Origin: Pseudomonadota bacterium
GTDB taxonomy: Bacteria > Myxococcota_A > UBA9042
DNA: 64,000 nucleotides
Reading direction: 5' to 3'
NCBI GenBank assembly: GCA_041163625.1
Contig: JBEARB010000253.1
Location: 11,034-75,033 of the forward strand
Shown here: positions 36,870 to 46,267 of the stretch, piece after piece
Numbering within the stretch: the first letter of the stretch is position 1
How the letters are laid out: each line of letters opens with the position of its first letter
Notes under the pieces: model-generated
Seen by the model: the letters and a program-made list of their open reading frames with translations, nothing else
What the model was told of the DNA's origin: nothing
Database searches by the model: none
Program-made: the position numbers and the translations under genes

Positions 36870-38446
36870 CGATCTTCCCCCAAGAGCTCGTCGAAGGCGA
36901 CGAGCCAGCGCAGCGAAGCATCGCTGGGGACGCCGGCCGCGTCCATCGCGGCGGCGGCGATCTCGGCGTCGCGGCGGTCGGCGGCGTCGGGCAGCTCGGC
37001 GTCGCCGAGGCCACCGAGGCGCTCGGCGCTGGCTTCGAGGAAGAGCGGCTCGAGATCGGCGGGAAGATGCCGCACGACCGCGCGGACGACCGCCGCCTCG
37101 AGCAGTCGCCGCTCGCGCCGCAGCGCCGCCACCTCGCGGCGGTAGCGCAGGTACGCGACCATCGAGAGCAGCAGCTCGCGCGCGTCGGCGTAGCGCTCCA
37201 CCAAACGGAGCGCCGCCCAGCCCGAGAGCGGCAGCAAGGGCAGCAGCGCCGCGACTTGCCAGAGCGCGAGCGTGAGCGGTGGCTGCGTACCGTACTGCCA
37301 CAGCAGGACGGCGCAGGCGACCCACGTCGCCACGACCAGCGCGAGCCCGACCAGCAGCTTGGTCGTCGCGACCACGTCGCGCCGTGGCGTGGCGAGCCGG
37401 CCGACCAGACCGGCCAGCAGCGCAGCGGGCAAGTGCAGCAGCAGCCCCGGCAACGCGAGCGGCAGCCAGAGCAGCGCGCGGCCCGAGCGTCGCCAGAAGC
37501 GGGCGAGCACCGTCCGGAAGCGCCAATCTTGGGCCAGATCGCGCTCACCGAGGTCGATCGCGTCGAGGCGCTCGCGGAACTGCCGCACCGCATCGAAGAG
37601 CGCGCGCACGTCCGGGCGGTCGCGCACCTGTTCGTAGCCAGCGGCGAAGCGGCGGGCGAGCTCGACGCGCGCTTCGAGCGAGAGGCCCGGTGGTTGGTAG
37701 AGCCGTCGGACGGTCTCGAGCACGCGGAGGGTGTCCCAATCCTCTGCGTTGATGGTCAGCGCGCGCAGGGCGAGGTCGATCTCCTCGGTGAGCGCGCGGC
37801 CGGCGGCCTTGGCGTCGGCGGCGAAGGCTTCGCGGCGGATATCGTCGATCCAGATCGGTGGCCCGTAGCGGACCAGGACGTTGCTTCGAAAGCGCTTGGG
37901 CGCCGAGTAGTTCAGGCCAACAGGTACGATCGGCAACGGCGCGCTTCCGATGGGCGTGGCGAGCGCGAGACGGGCGGCCCCGGTGCGCAGCGGCTGCAGC
38001 TGGGCTTCGTCGTGCGAGAGCCCCTCGGGGAAGATGCCGATGGCACCACCGGCAGCGAGCAGACCGTGCATCGCGGTGAAGGCGGCGCTGTTGTCGACGC
38101 GGACGGGGGCGCTGATGGCGGCGGCGTCGACCTTGCCGTCGGCGGCGATGCGGCGGCGAATCGGGACGGCGCCGACGCCGCGCAAGATCGGCCGCAATCC
38201 GGGATTGTCGAACAGGTCTTCTTTGGCGGCGAAGAGCACCGGGCGCTCGGTCGCAACGATGAGGACCGCCGGATCGAGCAACGAGTTCGGATGGTTGCCG
38301 ACCAGAAGCAGGGGTCCGTCGGGCGGCAAGAGCTCCTCACCGGTGGTGCGTACGCGACGGAAGAAGACGCCGAGTAGCGCGCGGATCAGGGTCCGCAGCG
38401 GACCGTACAGAGGCGCTGCGGGTCGGTGGTCGGGCTGCGCGGGCAT
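36866..38446 (-). CDS. PlsC-family lysophospholipid/glycerol-3-phosphate acyltransferase with a long C-terminal extension.
   Basis: Internal ATG 38446. GNHPNSLLDP (HX4D motif), FPEGLSHD and VPVGLNY acyltransferase blocks. The extra ~250 aa at the C-terminus include two hydrophobic segments. Confidence 0.7.
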   Translation of the reverse strand: MPAQPDHRPAAPLYGPLRTLIRALLGVFFRRVRTTGEELLPPDGPLLLVGNHPNSLLDPAVLIVATERPVLFAAKEDLFDNPGLRPILRGVGAVPIRRRIAADGKVDAAAISAPVRVDNSAAFTAMHGLLAAGGAIGIFPEGLSHDEAQLQPLRTGAARLALATPIGSAPLPIVPVGLNYSAPKRFRSNVLVRYGPPIWIDDIRREAFAADAKAAGRALTEEIDLALRALTINAEDWDTLRVLETVRRLYQPPGLSLEARVELARRFAAGYEQVRDRPDVRALFDAVRQFRERLDAIDLGERDLAQDWRFRTVLARFWRRSGRALLWLPLALPGLLLHLPAALLAGLVGRLATPRRDVVATTKLLVGLALVVATWVACAVLLWQYGTQPPLTLALWQVAALLPLLPLSGWAALRLVERYADARELLLSMVAYLRYRREVAALRRERRLLEAAVVRAVVRHLPADLEPLFLEASAERLGGLGDAELPDAADRRDAEIAAAAMDAAGVPSDASLRWLVAFDELLGEDR

Positions 38447-38656
38447 CGGTCCTTCCCGGACGGGGGTGCGCGCCGAGTGTGCGCGGCCGGGCCGCGTGCT
38501 GACAAGCCGACGCCGTCGCGGGTGGAGCAACCCTACTCTGAATTCGTATGGAATTTTGGCGACTCGCCCGGAAGGCCCCTACGCTGGGGAACAACGCCCA
38601 CGCCCCTTTGCGTGGCAGGATCTGCTGCCGGCGGCGCAGCATTGCTCGGAGGCAAC

Positions 38657-40102
38657 ATGACGCGCACCCCCACCCTGCTGATCGCCTTGCTGGCGGCACT
38701 GGCCCTCACGGCCTGCGGGACCGAAACCACCAACTCCGGCGGCACGACCGACACCGGCGGCAGCGACACGGCCGGCGGCAGCGACACCACCGGCGGCGAC
38801 AGCACCGGCGGCGTGGACAGCACCGGCGACGACAGCACCGGTGGCGACACCACGACGGGCGGCGATGCCTCCGCCGACACGACGCCGCCGGCCAAGCACC
38901 AGAGTTGCCCCGCGCTGGGCGATTGCGTCATCGCCGCGTGCGCGCCGAGCGGCTTCGCCGACGGCTGCTCGACGCAGTGCATCGCGGATTCGTCGCAGGG
39001 CGCGCTCAAGCTCGGCCTGCCGCTGCTCAAGTGCGTGCAGGACAAGTGTCTGCCGGCGTGCAAGGACTCGACCGAGGCGAGCTGTCTCAACGACTGCATG
39101 GGCGAGCAGTGCATCAACGATCTGATCATGTGCATCAGCGACCAGCCCGAGCCGACCGGCACCAAGACGTGCATGGAGGCCGCCGGCTGCTTCGACGATT
39201 GCGAGACCAGCGGCAAGCCGCCGTTCGCGTGCATGGCGGGCTGCGTCGCGCTGACCGACAAGCCGGGCGTCGAGGCGCTCAAGGCCATCGGTCAGTGCAT
39301 GGCGCAGGCCGCGAAGGACGGCAAGGACGGCGAGGAGGCCTGTGCGTCCGAGATGATCGGCTGCGTGACCAGCGGCAAGGCCGGCGACGGCAAGTGCATC
39401 GACTTCTTCGGCTGCCAGAAGGCGTGCGAGGCCGGCGACGAGGGCGAGGACGCGTGCCTGTTCGAGTGCCTGCCGAAGCTGACCAAGGAGGCCCAAGGCC
39501 AGCTGATGGCTGCGGCGTCGTGCTTCGAGGATGCCAGCGAGGACGACACCTGCCCCGCGAAGATGCTGGCGTGCATCGACCCGAGCGGCACCGAGACCTG
39601 CGTGTCGTCGTTCGGCTGCATCGCCGCGTGCACCGAGAAGGCCGGCGAGCTCGAAGATCCGGCACCGTGCATCTTCGGCTGCATCGCCAACACCAGCAAG
39701 ACCGAGGCGCCGCTCGTGGTGTCGTTGATGCAGGCCTGCAACGACGACAACGGGGGCGAGCAGCTGCCGGGCGACGCGACGCCGACCGAGGACGAGGGCC
39801 CGAGCCAGGAGTGCCTCGGTGCCGTGTTCGCCTGCGCCGCTCCGAAGGAGACCGGCGATAGCTGCGACAAGATCATGGTCTGCACGCAGGCGTGCGAGGA
39901 GGGTGACGGCGACGGGCTGGGCTGCGGCCTGAACTGCGCCGCCAAGGGCGCCAAGGCCGAGGTCGAGAAGCTGGTCAAGCTGCTCGGCTGCCAGCAGGAC
40001 TGCAACAAGACCTGCAAGGACAGCACCGACGAGCAGTGCAACGGCAAGTGCATCCTGCAGAACTGCCCGACCGAGGCGGCTGCCTGCGTGCCGAAGGGCT
40101 AG
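38657..40102 (+). CDS. Cys-rich secreted lipoprotein (481 aa), unknown function.
   Basis: GGAGG RBS. MTRTPTLLIALLAALALTACG has a lipobox. Then a T/G/D/S linker and about 60 Cys residues in irregular CxxxC / GCxxxC patterns. Confidence 0.65.
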   Translation: MTRTPTLLIALLAALALTACGTETTNSGGTTDTGGSDTAGGSDTTGGDSTGGVDSTGDDSTGGDTTTGGDASADTTPPAKHQSCPALGDCVIAACAPSGFADGCSTQCIADSSQGALKLGLPLLKCVQDKCLPACKDSTEASCLNDCMGEQCINDLIMCISDQPEPTGTKTCMEAAGCFDDCETSGKPPFACMAGCVALTDKPGVEALKAIGQCMAQAAKDGKDGEEACASEMIGCVTSGKAGDGKCIDFFGCQKACEAGDEGEDACLFECLPKLTKEAQGQLMAAASCFEDASEDDTCPAKMLACIDPSGTETCVSSFGCIAACTEKAGELEDPAPCIFGCIANTSKTEAPLVVSLMQACNDDNGGEQLPGDATPTEDEGPSQECLGAVFACAAPKETGDSCDKIMVCTQACEEGDGDGLGCGLNCAAKGAKAEVEKLVKLLGCQQDCNKTCKDSTDEQCNGKCILQNCPTEAAACVPKG

Positions 40103-40292
40103 CGTTCTCGCGAGGTCACGGCGGCTGCGCGCCGCTGGCGGCCCGACGTTCCTCGACACCCCGCTCACGCCCGACGGCGTGGGCGGGGTGTCCGCTTTTG
40201 GCGTCATGCACATCGCCGCCGTGGCCTTGCACCCCGCCCCCGCGGCGGCGATGCTGCGAGCCGTAGGGCGAACGCGGAGAGGCGGGCAGGCG

Positions 40293-41288
40293 ATGACGGC
40301 CAACGAGGCAACGAGACCGGACCGGCTGCGCCGCGCCGTGGTGCGCACGCTGGCCTACGCCGATCTCTTCGATTTTCCGCTGCGGACCGAGGAGGTCTGG
40401 CGCCAGCTCCTGCTCGAGCCGGCGACGCGGTCGGAGATCGAGTCGCTCCTCTCGGACGCGGATGACGATCCCTTCCTCGCGAGCCGCGTTCGGCAGGTCG
40501 GCGAGTTCTGGACCTTGGCCGACCGCCCCGACCACAGCGCTCAGCGTGGACAGCGCACCGAAGCAGCCGAGCGTCTGATCGCCGAGCACCGCCGCGTGCT
40601 GCAGCTCGCCGCAGCCCTGCCCTGGGTGCGGATGATCGCGTTTTCGGGCGGCACCAGTCGCCGCAACTCGATCCACGACGACGACCTCGACCTCTTCATC
40701 GTCACCGAGCAGGGTCGCACCTGGTCGGTCTTCCTCGGCTTGGTCCTGCTCGCGCGCGCGGCCGGCTGCCGCGACGTGCTCTGCGCCAACTACCTCGTCG
40801 ACCGCGTACACATCGTCGTGCCCGATGGCGGCGACCTCTTCACCGGCCAAGAGCTGCTCGGACTCGAGCCGATCGCGGGTGAGCGGCAGCTACGGCGGAT
40901 GGCGACCGTCAACGATTGGGCACACAAACTGCTGCCCAACGCCAGGCTGCGACCGCGCAACCCGTTGCTCGGTGCGTTCGGCGACGAGGACGGCACGGCG
41001 GCGACCGCCAAGCGTTGGATCGAACGCGCCCTCTTGCCCGCCGGTTGGGCGGTCGAGCGCGTGGCGCGACGCGGCTTGGGCTGGCACCTCGGGCGCAAGA
41101 AGCAAGCGAGCAGCGGACGCGGCGGCGATATGTTGCTGCGGCCCGGCGTGCTGAAGCTGCACCAGAGCGACAACCGAGCTGCCGTGGTGCGCCGCTTCCG
41201 CGAGCGCCTCGACGCGCTCGGCGTGGCGGGCGAAGACCTGGATCGGCTGCTCGAGCCGCGGCGCCGCCGCGCCGGAGGCACCGCATGA
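40293..41288 (+). CDS. Hypothetical protein, possibly a nucleotidyltransferase fold; first gene of the radical SAM operon.
   Basis: Internal ATG 40293 of track ORF 40179..41288. FSGGTSRRNSIHDDDLDLFIV resembles the hG[GS]x9-13DxD motif of Pol-beta-type nucleotidyltransferases. The stop overlaps the next start (ATGA). Confidence 0.45.
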   Translation: MTANEATRPDRLRRAVVRTLAYADLFDFPLRTEEVWRQLLLEPATRSEIESLLSDADDDPFLASRVRQVGEFWTLADRPDHSAQRGQRTEAAERLIAEHRRVLQLAAALPWVRMIAFSGGTSRRNSIHDDDLDLFIVTEQGRTWSVFLGLVLLARAAGCRDVLCANYLVDRVHIVVPDGGDLFTGQELLGLEPIAGERQLRRMATVNDWAHKLLPNARLRPRNPLLGAFGDEDGTAATAKRWIERALLPAGWAVERVARRGLGWHLGRKKQASSGRGGDMLLRPGVLKLHQSDNRAAVVRRFRERLDALGVAGEDLDRLLEPRRRRAGGTA

Positions 41289-42865
41289 CGGCGCCGGCTT
41301 CCTGCGAGCTGCTGTTCGCGCACGCGTATTTCCTGCGCTTCGACCGCAAGCTCTACGAGGCGATGCAGCCCTATCCGCCGATGGGGACGATCGTGGCGGC
41401 GGCGGTGGCGCGGCAAGCCGGCCGAGAGGTCGCGCTCTTCGACGCGATGCTGGCGCAGGACGAGCGCGCCTTCGAGGCGGCGTTGGTCGCGCACAAGCCG
41501 CGGCTGGTCGTGCTCTACGAGGACAACTTCAACTACCTCAGCAAGATGTGCCTGCTGCGGATGCGCGAGGCGGCGCTGGTGATGCTGGCGGCGGCGCGGC
41601 GGCACGGCGTCCGCGCGTGGGTCTGCGGCTCGGACGCGTCGGACCATCCAGGGCTCTACCTCGACGCGGGCGCCGAGCTGGTGCTGGTCGGCGAGGGCGA
41701 CGACACGTTGGCGGACCTGCTCGGGCGAGGCTGGGATCGCGAGCCGCTGGACGTCGACGCGGCGGCGGGCATCGCGGGGCTGGCGCTGCGGCGCGGCGGC
41801 GAGCTGGTGCGGACGCCGCGGCGGGCGACGCTCAAGGCGATCGACACGTTGCCGTGGCCGGCGTGGGATCTGTGCGATCTCGAGCAGTATCGGCGCATCT
41901 GGCGGGAGCGGCACGGGCGCTTCTCGCTGAACTTGGTCAGCACGCGCGGCTGCCCCTACCACTGCAATTGGTGCGCGAAGCCGATCTGGGGCCAACGCTA
42001 CGCGATGCACAGCCCCGAGCACGCGGCGACGATGGCGACGCATCTGCGCGAGAGCTTCGGCGCCGAGCACCTCTGGTGGATGGACGATATCTTCGGCTTG
42101 AAAAAGGGCTGGGTCGGCGCGTTCGGCGAGGCGATGCGGGCGCGCGGCGGCACGCTGCCGTTCAAGGCGCTCTCGCGAGCGGACCTGTTGGTGCGCGAGG
42201 GTGAGGCCGAGGCGTTCGCCGCCGCCGGCGCCGAGATCATCTGGATGGGCGCGGAGTCGGGCAGCCAGGCGGTGCTCGACGCGATGGACAAGGGCACCAA
42301 GGTCGGCGAGATCGAGGACGCCACCGCGCGGTTGCACGCTGCCGGCGTCGAGGTCGCCTACTTCTTGCAGTTCGGCTACCCCGGCGAGACGCGCGCCGAC
42401 ATCGAGGCCACCCGCGCGATGCTGCGTCGCTGCAAGCCCGACGATATCGGCATCTCGGTGAGCTACCCGCTGCCCGGGACCCGCTTTTTCGACCGCGTCG
42501 CGGACCAGCTCGGCGCCAAGCAGAACTGGGTCGACTCCTCCGACCTGGACATGCTCTACGAGGGGCCCTTCCCGACGGCCTTCTATCGGCACCTGCACCG
42601 CGTCGTGCACATGGATTACAAGTCGCGGCGGACGATGTGGCGCTTGCGCGGGCAGACGCCGCGGACGCATCGCCCGAGCGCGCGCGAGCTGGCGCGCGCC
42701 GCCATCGACCGCGCGATGCTGCCGCTGGCCGAGGCGCAGCTCGACCGGCTCGCGGCGCAGCCGCACGAGGGTGTGCGGCCGACCGGCGCGACGATGGACT
42801 TCGACGCCGCCGCAACGCCGAGCGCGCCCGACGGCAGCGCGCAGGCGCCGGGAGCTTCGGCATGA
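41285..42865 (+). CDS. B12-binding domain radical SAM protein.
   Basis: Internal ATG 41285 (MTAPASCELLFAHAYFL…). The N-terminal cobalamin-binding-like Rossmann domain (LVVLYEDNF…WVCGSDAS) precedes CPYHCNWC (CxxxCxxC) and a TIM-barrel radical SAM core (IWMGAESGSQ). Confidence 0.8.
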   Translation: MTAPASCELLFAHAYFLRFDRKLYEAMQPYPPMGTIVAAAVARQAGREVALFDAMLAQDERAFEAALVAHKPRLVVLYEDNFNYLSKMCLLRMREAALVMLAAARRHGVRAWVCGSDASDHPGLYLDAGAELVLVGEGDDTLADLLGRGWDREPLDVDAAAGIAGLALRRGGELVRTPRRATLKAIDTLPWPAWDLCDLEQYRRIWRERHGRFSLNLVSTRGCPYHCNWCAKPIWGQRYAMHSPEHAATMATHLRESFGAEHLWWMDDIFGLKKGWVGAFGEAMRARGGTLPFKALSRADLLVREGEAEAFAAAGAEIIWMGAESGSQAVLDAMDKGTKVGEIEDATARLHAAGVEVAYFLQFGYPGETRADIEATRAMLRRCKPDDIGISVSYPLPGTRFFDRVADQLGAKQNWVDSSDLDMLYEGPFPTAFYRHLHRVVHMDYKSRRTMWRLRGQTPRTHRPSARELARAAIDRAMLPLAEAQLDRLAAQPHEGVRPTGATMDFDAAATPSAPDGSAQAPGASA

Positions 42866-44262
42866 TCGATCTGCTGCTGGCGCACGGCTGGTTCTTGCAC
42901 GAGGACCCGGCCGAGCAGAAGGCGATGCGGCCCTACCCCCCGCTCGGGATGCTTTACGTCGGCGCCTACCTGCGTCAGCAAGGCTTCCGCGTCGCGGCGT
43001 GGGACGGGACCTTCCGCACCCGCGGCGAATTCCTCGGCGCGGTGCTCGCCGCCCGCCCGGCCGTCGTCGGCCTGTACGCCAATATGGTCACGCGGCGGCA
43101 CATCCTGAAGATGGCGGCGGCGGCCAAGCGCGCCGGCTGCCGCGTCGTGGTCGGCGGACCCGATCCCGCCAACTACGCCGACCGCTACCTCGCCCACGGC
43201 ATCGACGCGGTCGTCGTCGGCGAGGGCGAGCTGACGCTGACCGAGCTGATGCCGCTGCTGCTCGACGGCAAGCGCGATTTCTCCCGTATTCCGGGCGTGG
43301 TGTGGCAAGACAGCGACGGCGAAGTCGTCCGCAACATGCCGCGGGCGCAGGTCAAAGACCTCGACAGCCTGCCGAACCCGGCGCGCGACCTGATCGACAT
43401 CGGCGCCTACCTCGACTGTTGGAAGCGCCACCACGGCAGCAGCAGCGTGAACCTGATCACTGCGCGCGGCTGCCCGTTCCACTGCAATTGGTGCAGCCAC
43501 GCGGTCTACGGGCACAGCCACCGCCGCCGGACGCCCGAGCACGTCGCCGACGAGGTGCAAGGGCTGCTCGCGCGCTACCGGCCCGACCAGCTCTGGTACG
43601 CGGACGACGTGTTCACCATCCACAAGAAGTGGCTGCTCAAATACGCCGACGAGCTCGAGCGCCGTGGCCTGCGCGTGCCTTTCGAGACCATCACCCGCGA
43701 GGACCGCCTCGACGACGAGATCATCGCCACCCTCGCCCGCATGGGCGCGCGGCGGATCTGGGTCGGCGCCGAGTCGGGTAGTCAGCGCATCCTCGACGCG
43801 ATGCAGCGCAGCACCGACGCCGAGCGCGTGGTCGAGATGGTGCGCAAGCTCGAGGAAGCCGGCATCGAGACGGGCATGTTCCTGATGCTCGGCTACGAGG
43901 GCGAGGAGCAGGCCGATATCGAGGCCAGCATCGACATGGTCGCGCGCGCCCGCCCCGGCGTCTTCCTGACCACCGTCAGCTACCCCATCGCCGGCACGCC
44001 CTACGCCGCCAAGGTCGAGGACCGCACCTTCGAGGCCCGCGCCTGGGCCGACGGCAGCGACCGCGACCGCCACATCCGCGGCCGGCACTCGATGCGCTGG
44101 TTCGAAGCCGCCAACCGCTGGATGGTGCACGAGGTCGCACGCCGCCAAGCCGTCGCGGTCGGCGTCGGCAGCGGCCGGGACGCCGCAAAGATCGGCTGGC
44201 ACGCCGCACAGAGCGCCCTCGGGCGGTTGGGGATGCGGCGGTTCGACGCGGAGCGGACGTAG
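42862..44262 (+). CDS. B12-binding domain radical SAM protein (paralog of the upstream gene).
   Basis: ATGA overlap start 42862 (MIDLLLAHGWFLHED…). CPFHCNWC; RIWVGAESGSQRILDAM. The overall collinearity with the previous protein is clear. Confidence 0.8.
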   Translation: MIDLLLAHGWFLHEDPAEQKAMRPYPPLGMLYVGAYLRQQGFRVAAWDGTFRTRGEFLGAVLAARPAVVGLYANMVTRRHILKMAAAAKRAGCRVVVGGPDPANYADRYLAHGIDAVVVGEGELTLTELMPLLLDGKRDFSRIPGVVWQDSDGEVVRNMPRAQVKDLDSLPNPARDLIDIGAYLDCWKRHHGSSSVNLITARGCPFHCNWCSHAVYGHSHRRRTPEHVADEVQGLLARYRPDQLWYADDVFTIHKKWLLKYADELERRGLRVPFETITREDRLDDEIIATLARMGARRIWVGAESGSQRILDAMQRSTDAERVVEMVRKLEEAGIETGMFLMLGYEGEEQADIEASIDMVARARPGVFLTTVSYPIAGTPYAAKVEDRTFEARAWADGSDRDRHIRGRHSMRWFEAANRWMVHEVARRQAVAVGVGSGRDAAKIGWHAAQSALGRLGMRRFDAERT

Positions 44263-44278
44263 GGATTGGAGGTAGACT

Positions 44279-44578
44279 GTGGATGACCTGGACGACGATC
44301 CACAGCTTCCAACGCGTCGGCCATGGTGGTCCTGGTCCATTTGGCGCTTCCTGCTCTATGCAGTCACGATCTTGCTCTCCCTGCCGAGCTCGTTGGCCGC
44401 CAACTATGCCGTCGAAGAAGTAGCCGTGGACTTTCAAGTTGGCTGGCTTCTGGATGCATTGGACATGGATCAGTGCCGTGTTCCTCCACCGGGCTGCACG
44501 GTTGACGCCCATCCGAACGATCTCTGCATTCGGCGAGCGTGCGAGCGGTGGTACGGTGCGGACGGCGAGAGCGAGTAG
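44279..44578 (+). CDS. Small (99 aa) low-GC ORF with a hydrophobic segment and a Cys-containing C-terminus, 17 nt downstream of the rSAM pair.
   Basis: GGAGG sits 6 nt before a GTG start. …WWSWSIWRFLLYAVTILLSLP…CRVPPPGCTVDAHPNDLCIRRACERWYGADGESE. GC is clearly below the surrounding sequence. Confidence 0.3.
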   Translation: MDDLDDDPQLPTRRPWWSWSIWRFLLYAVTILLSLPSSLAANYAVEEVAVDFQVGWLLDALDMDQCRVPPPGCTVDAHPNDLCIRRACERWYGADGESE

Positions 44579-44993
44579 CTGCGGCCCGGTGGAGACGCAG
44601 GTTTCAGGGACTCATGCCTCGTGCATTGCGACTGGATGAGGAACCACGAACCAACTCGAGGCGTTCGAGCGACCGACGACGTCGACGATGGCGGGCCACT
44701 CGAGACTGAAGTCTCGAGCTGAATTGAGCGCCCGGCCTTCGCCGGGCTTGCGGGTCAGACATCCCGGCAAGTCCTCTGGCAGCGGCACACTCTGTCCCCT
44801 CCCGCCGCCGTCCAGGCCGAGCCGAAGGCGAAGTGCCCAGGCGGACCGACGCCACCCGCCCATCCAACGCGACCCAAGCCCGGGGGGAGCCCGAGGGGGG
44901 AGCGCAAGCGGCCCCCCCTCGGCCACGGGGGAGGTGCAAGGAGGGGGCAGTCCCCTCCTTGATCCGCCGTCTGCCGAGCAGACTCCACCTCGA

Positions 44994-45602
44994 TCAGTGA
45001 CGCCAATCCGAGCCGACAACATACCGCTCGACCAGCGCAGCATCCCGCACATCGAGCTCCCCAGCCGCGAGCCGCCGCCAAAGCGCAGCACGCGCCCTCC
45101 GCACCGGCGCCTCCCGACCACCGGCCGCGTCGTACAGCCCCTCGACCTCGTCCGCGTCCAACTCCCGCCACCGACCTTCTGCGAGATCACCCAACTCCAC
45201 CGGTCCAATCGCGACGCGGTGCAAGCGCACGAGCTTGAACCCCACATGATTGGCCATCCGCCGAACCTGCCGAAACCGCCCTTCGCGAATCTCGAGACAG
45301 AGCTGGCTCAACCGGGTACCGTCGCGACCGGGCCAGGCGACACCCTCGACGATCCCGCAGCGCGCGGGCTCGGTGGCTTCACCGCTGATCAAGACGCCGT
45401 CGCGCAATCGCTGCAGACGCGGGTCGCCGGCGTCGGGCTCGCCGACGACGGTGAGCAGGTAGCGCTTCCAGACGTGGAACGTCGGGCTGGTGAGCAAGAA
45501 GTCGAGGTCGCCGTCGTCGGTGACGAGCAGGGCGCCCGTCGTCGGCTTGTCGAGGCGACCGACCACGCCGACCAGCCAATCGGAGGGCAGCAAATCGGCC
45601 AC
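44994..45602 (-). CDS. RluE/RsuA-family pseudouridine synthase (GTG start).
   Basis: VGRLDKPTTGALLVTDDGDL (catalytic Asp motif) and GRFRQVRRMANHVGFKLVRLHRVAIG are diagnostic. Its 202-aa length, without an S4 domain, fits RluE. Confidence 0.65.
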   Translation of the reverse strand: MADLLPSDWLVGVVGRLDKPTTGALLVTDDGDLDFLLTSPTFHVWKRYLLTVVGEPDAGDPRLQRLRDGVLISGEATEPARCGIVEGVAWPGRDGTRLSQLCLEIREGRFRQVRRMANHVGFKLVRLHRVAIGPVELGDLAEGRWRELDADEVEGLYDAAGGREAPVRRARAALWRRLAAGELDVRDAALVERYVVGSDWRH

Positions 45603-45639
45603 GCAGCGGCGGCCACGGACCTACGCCGAGACCGGCGGC

Positions 45640-46263
45640 TTCTTGTTCAAGCCCGTCCCGGGCGCGGGACCGACGGCGAACCAAGGCGGCATCGCGACCC
45701 GCAACGGCGCGCACAAAGGCCTGCACATCGTCGGCAACCACTTCGAGGGCATCGTCGGGATGCCGAGCATCAAGCTGCGCAACGGCATCGGCTGGGACGA
45801 CGTGCTCGTCGCCAACAACCGCTTCGCCGTCCGGGCGAACCAGAGCGCGCTCGAGTTCTACGGCAGCAACACGCTGGTCGGCGACGCCGCCTTCGTGTTC
45901 AACAGCGTGCTGCTGCTCGGCGCGGGCCAAGCGGTGAAGGGCTCGCTCGCCGGCGGCACGCTGTCGCTGCGGAACAATGCGGTGCGCTCGCTCGGCAAGG
46001 GCGCGCTGGTCTCTGGCACGCCGCTCGGGCCGCTCGGGCCGAATTGCCTCGAGGCGGTGAGCCCGCCGAGCAGCCCGGCGGCGAACCCGGCAGACGTCGT
46101 CGGCAAGATCGACTTCGTGTCGACGACTGCGCCCTTCGACCTGCACCTGCAGCCGGGCTCGGTGTGTCTGGACAGGGGCCTGCCCATCGCCGGTGTCTCG
46201 GACGACATGGACGGTGAGGTGCGCGCCAATCCGCCCGATATCGGCGCGGACGAGAAGCCCTGA
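45640..46263 (+). pseudogene. C-terminal fragment of a right-handed beta-helix-type secreted protein; lacks an N-terminus and a credible start.
   Basis: Track ORF 45490..46263(+) overlaps the minus-strand pseudouridine synthase gene (44994..45602). Only the part from ~45640 looks protein-like (…IVGNHFEGIVGMPSIKLRNGIGWDDVLVANNRFAV…SLRNNAVRSLG…). There is no signal peptide or RBS. Confidence 0.35.
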
Positions 46264-46267
46264 CGCC

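Noticed and set aside
38533-44340. Antisense ORFs 38579..40348(-), 40790..42766(-), 42616..44340(-)
   Set aside because: They are opposite the Cys-rich lipoprotein and the two radical SAM genes, which have clear motifs. No RBS or domain signature is present.
44612-45247. 211-aa minus ORF and 509-aa plus ORF (44688..46217) across the scar region
   Set aside because: Both frames give G/R/P-rich nonsense. Only the pseudouridine synthase frame (44994..45602, minus) and the C-terminal beta-helix fragment look protein-like.
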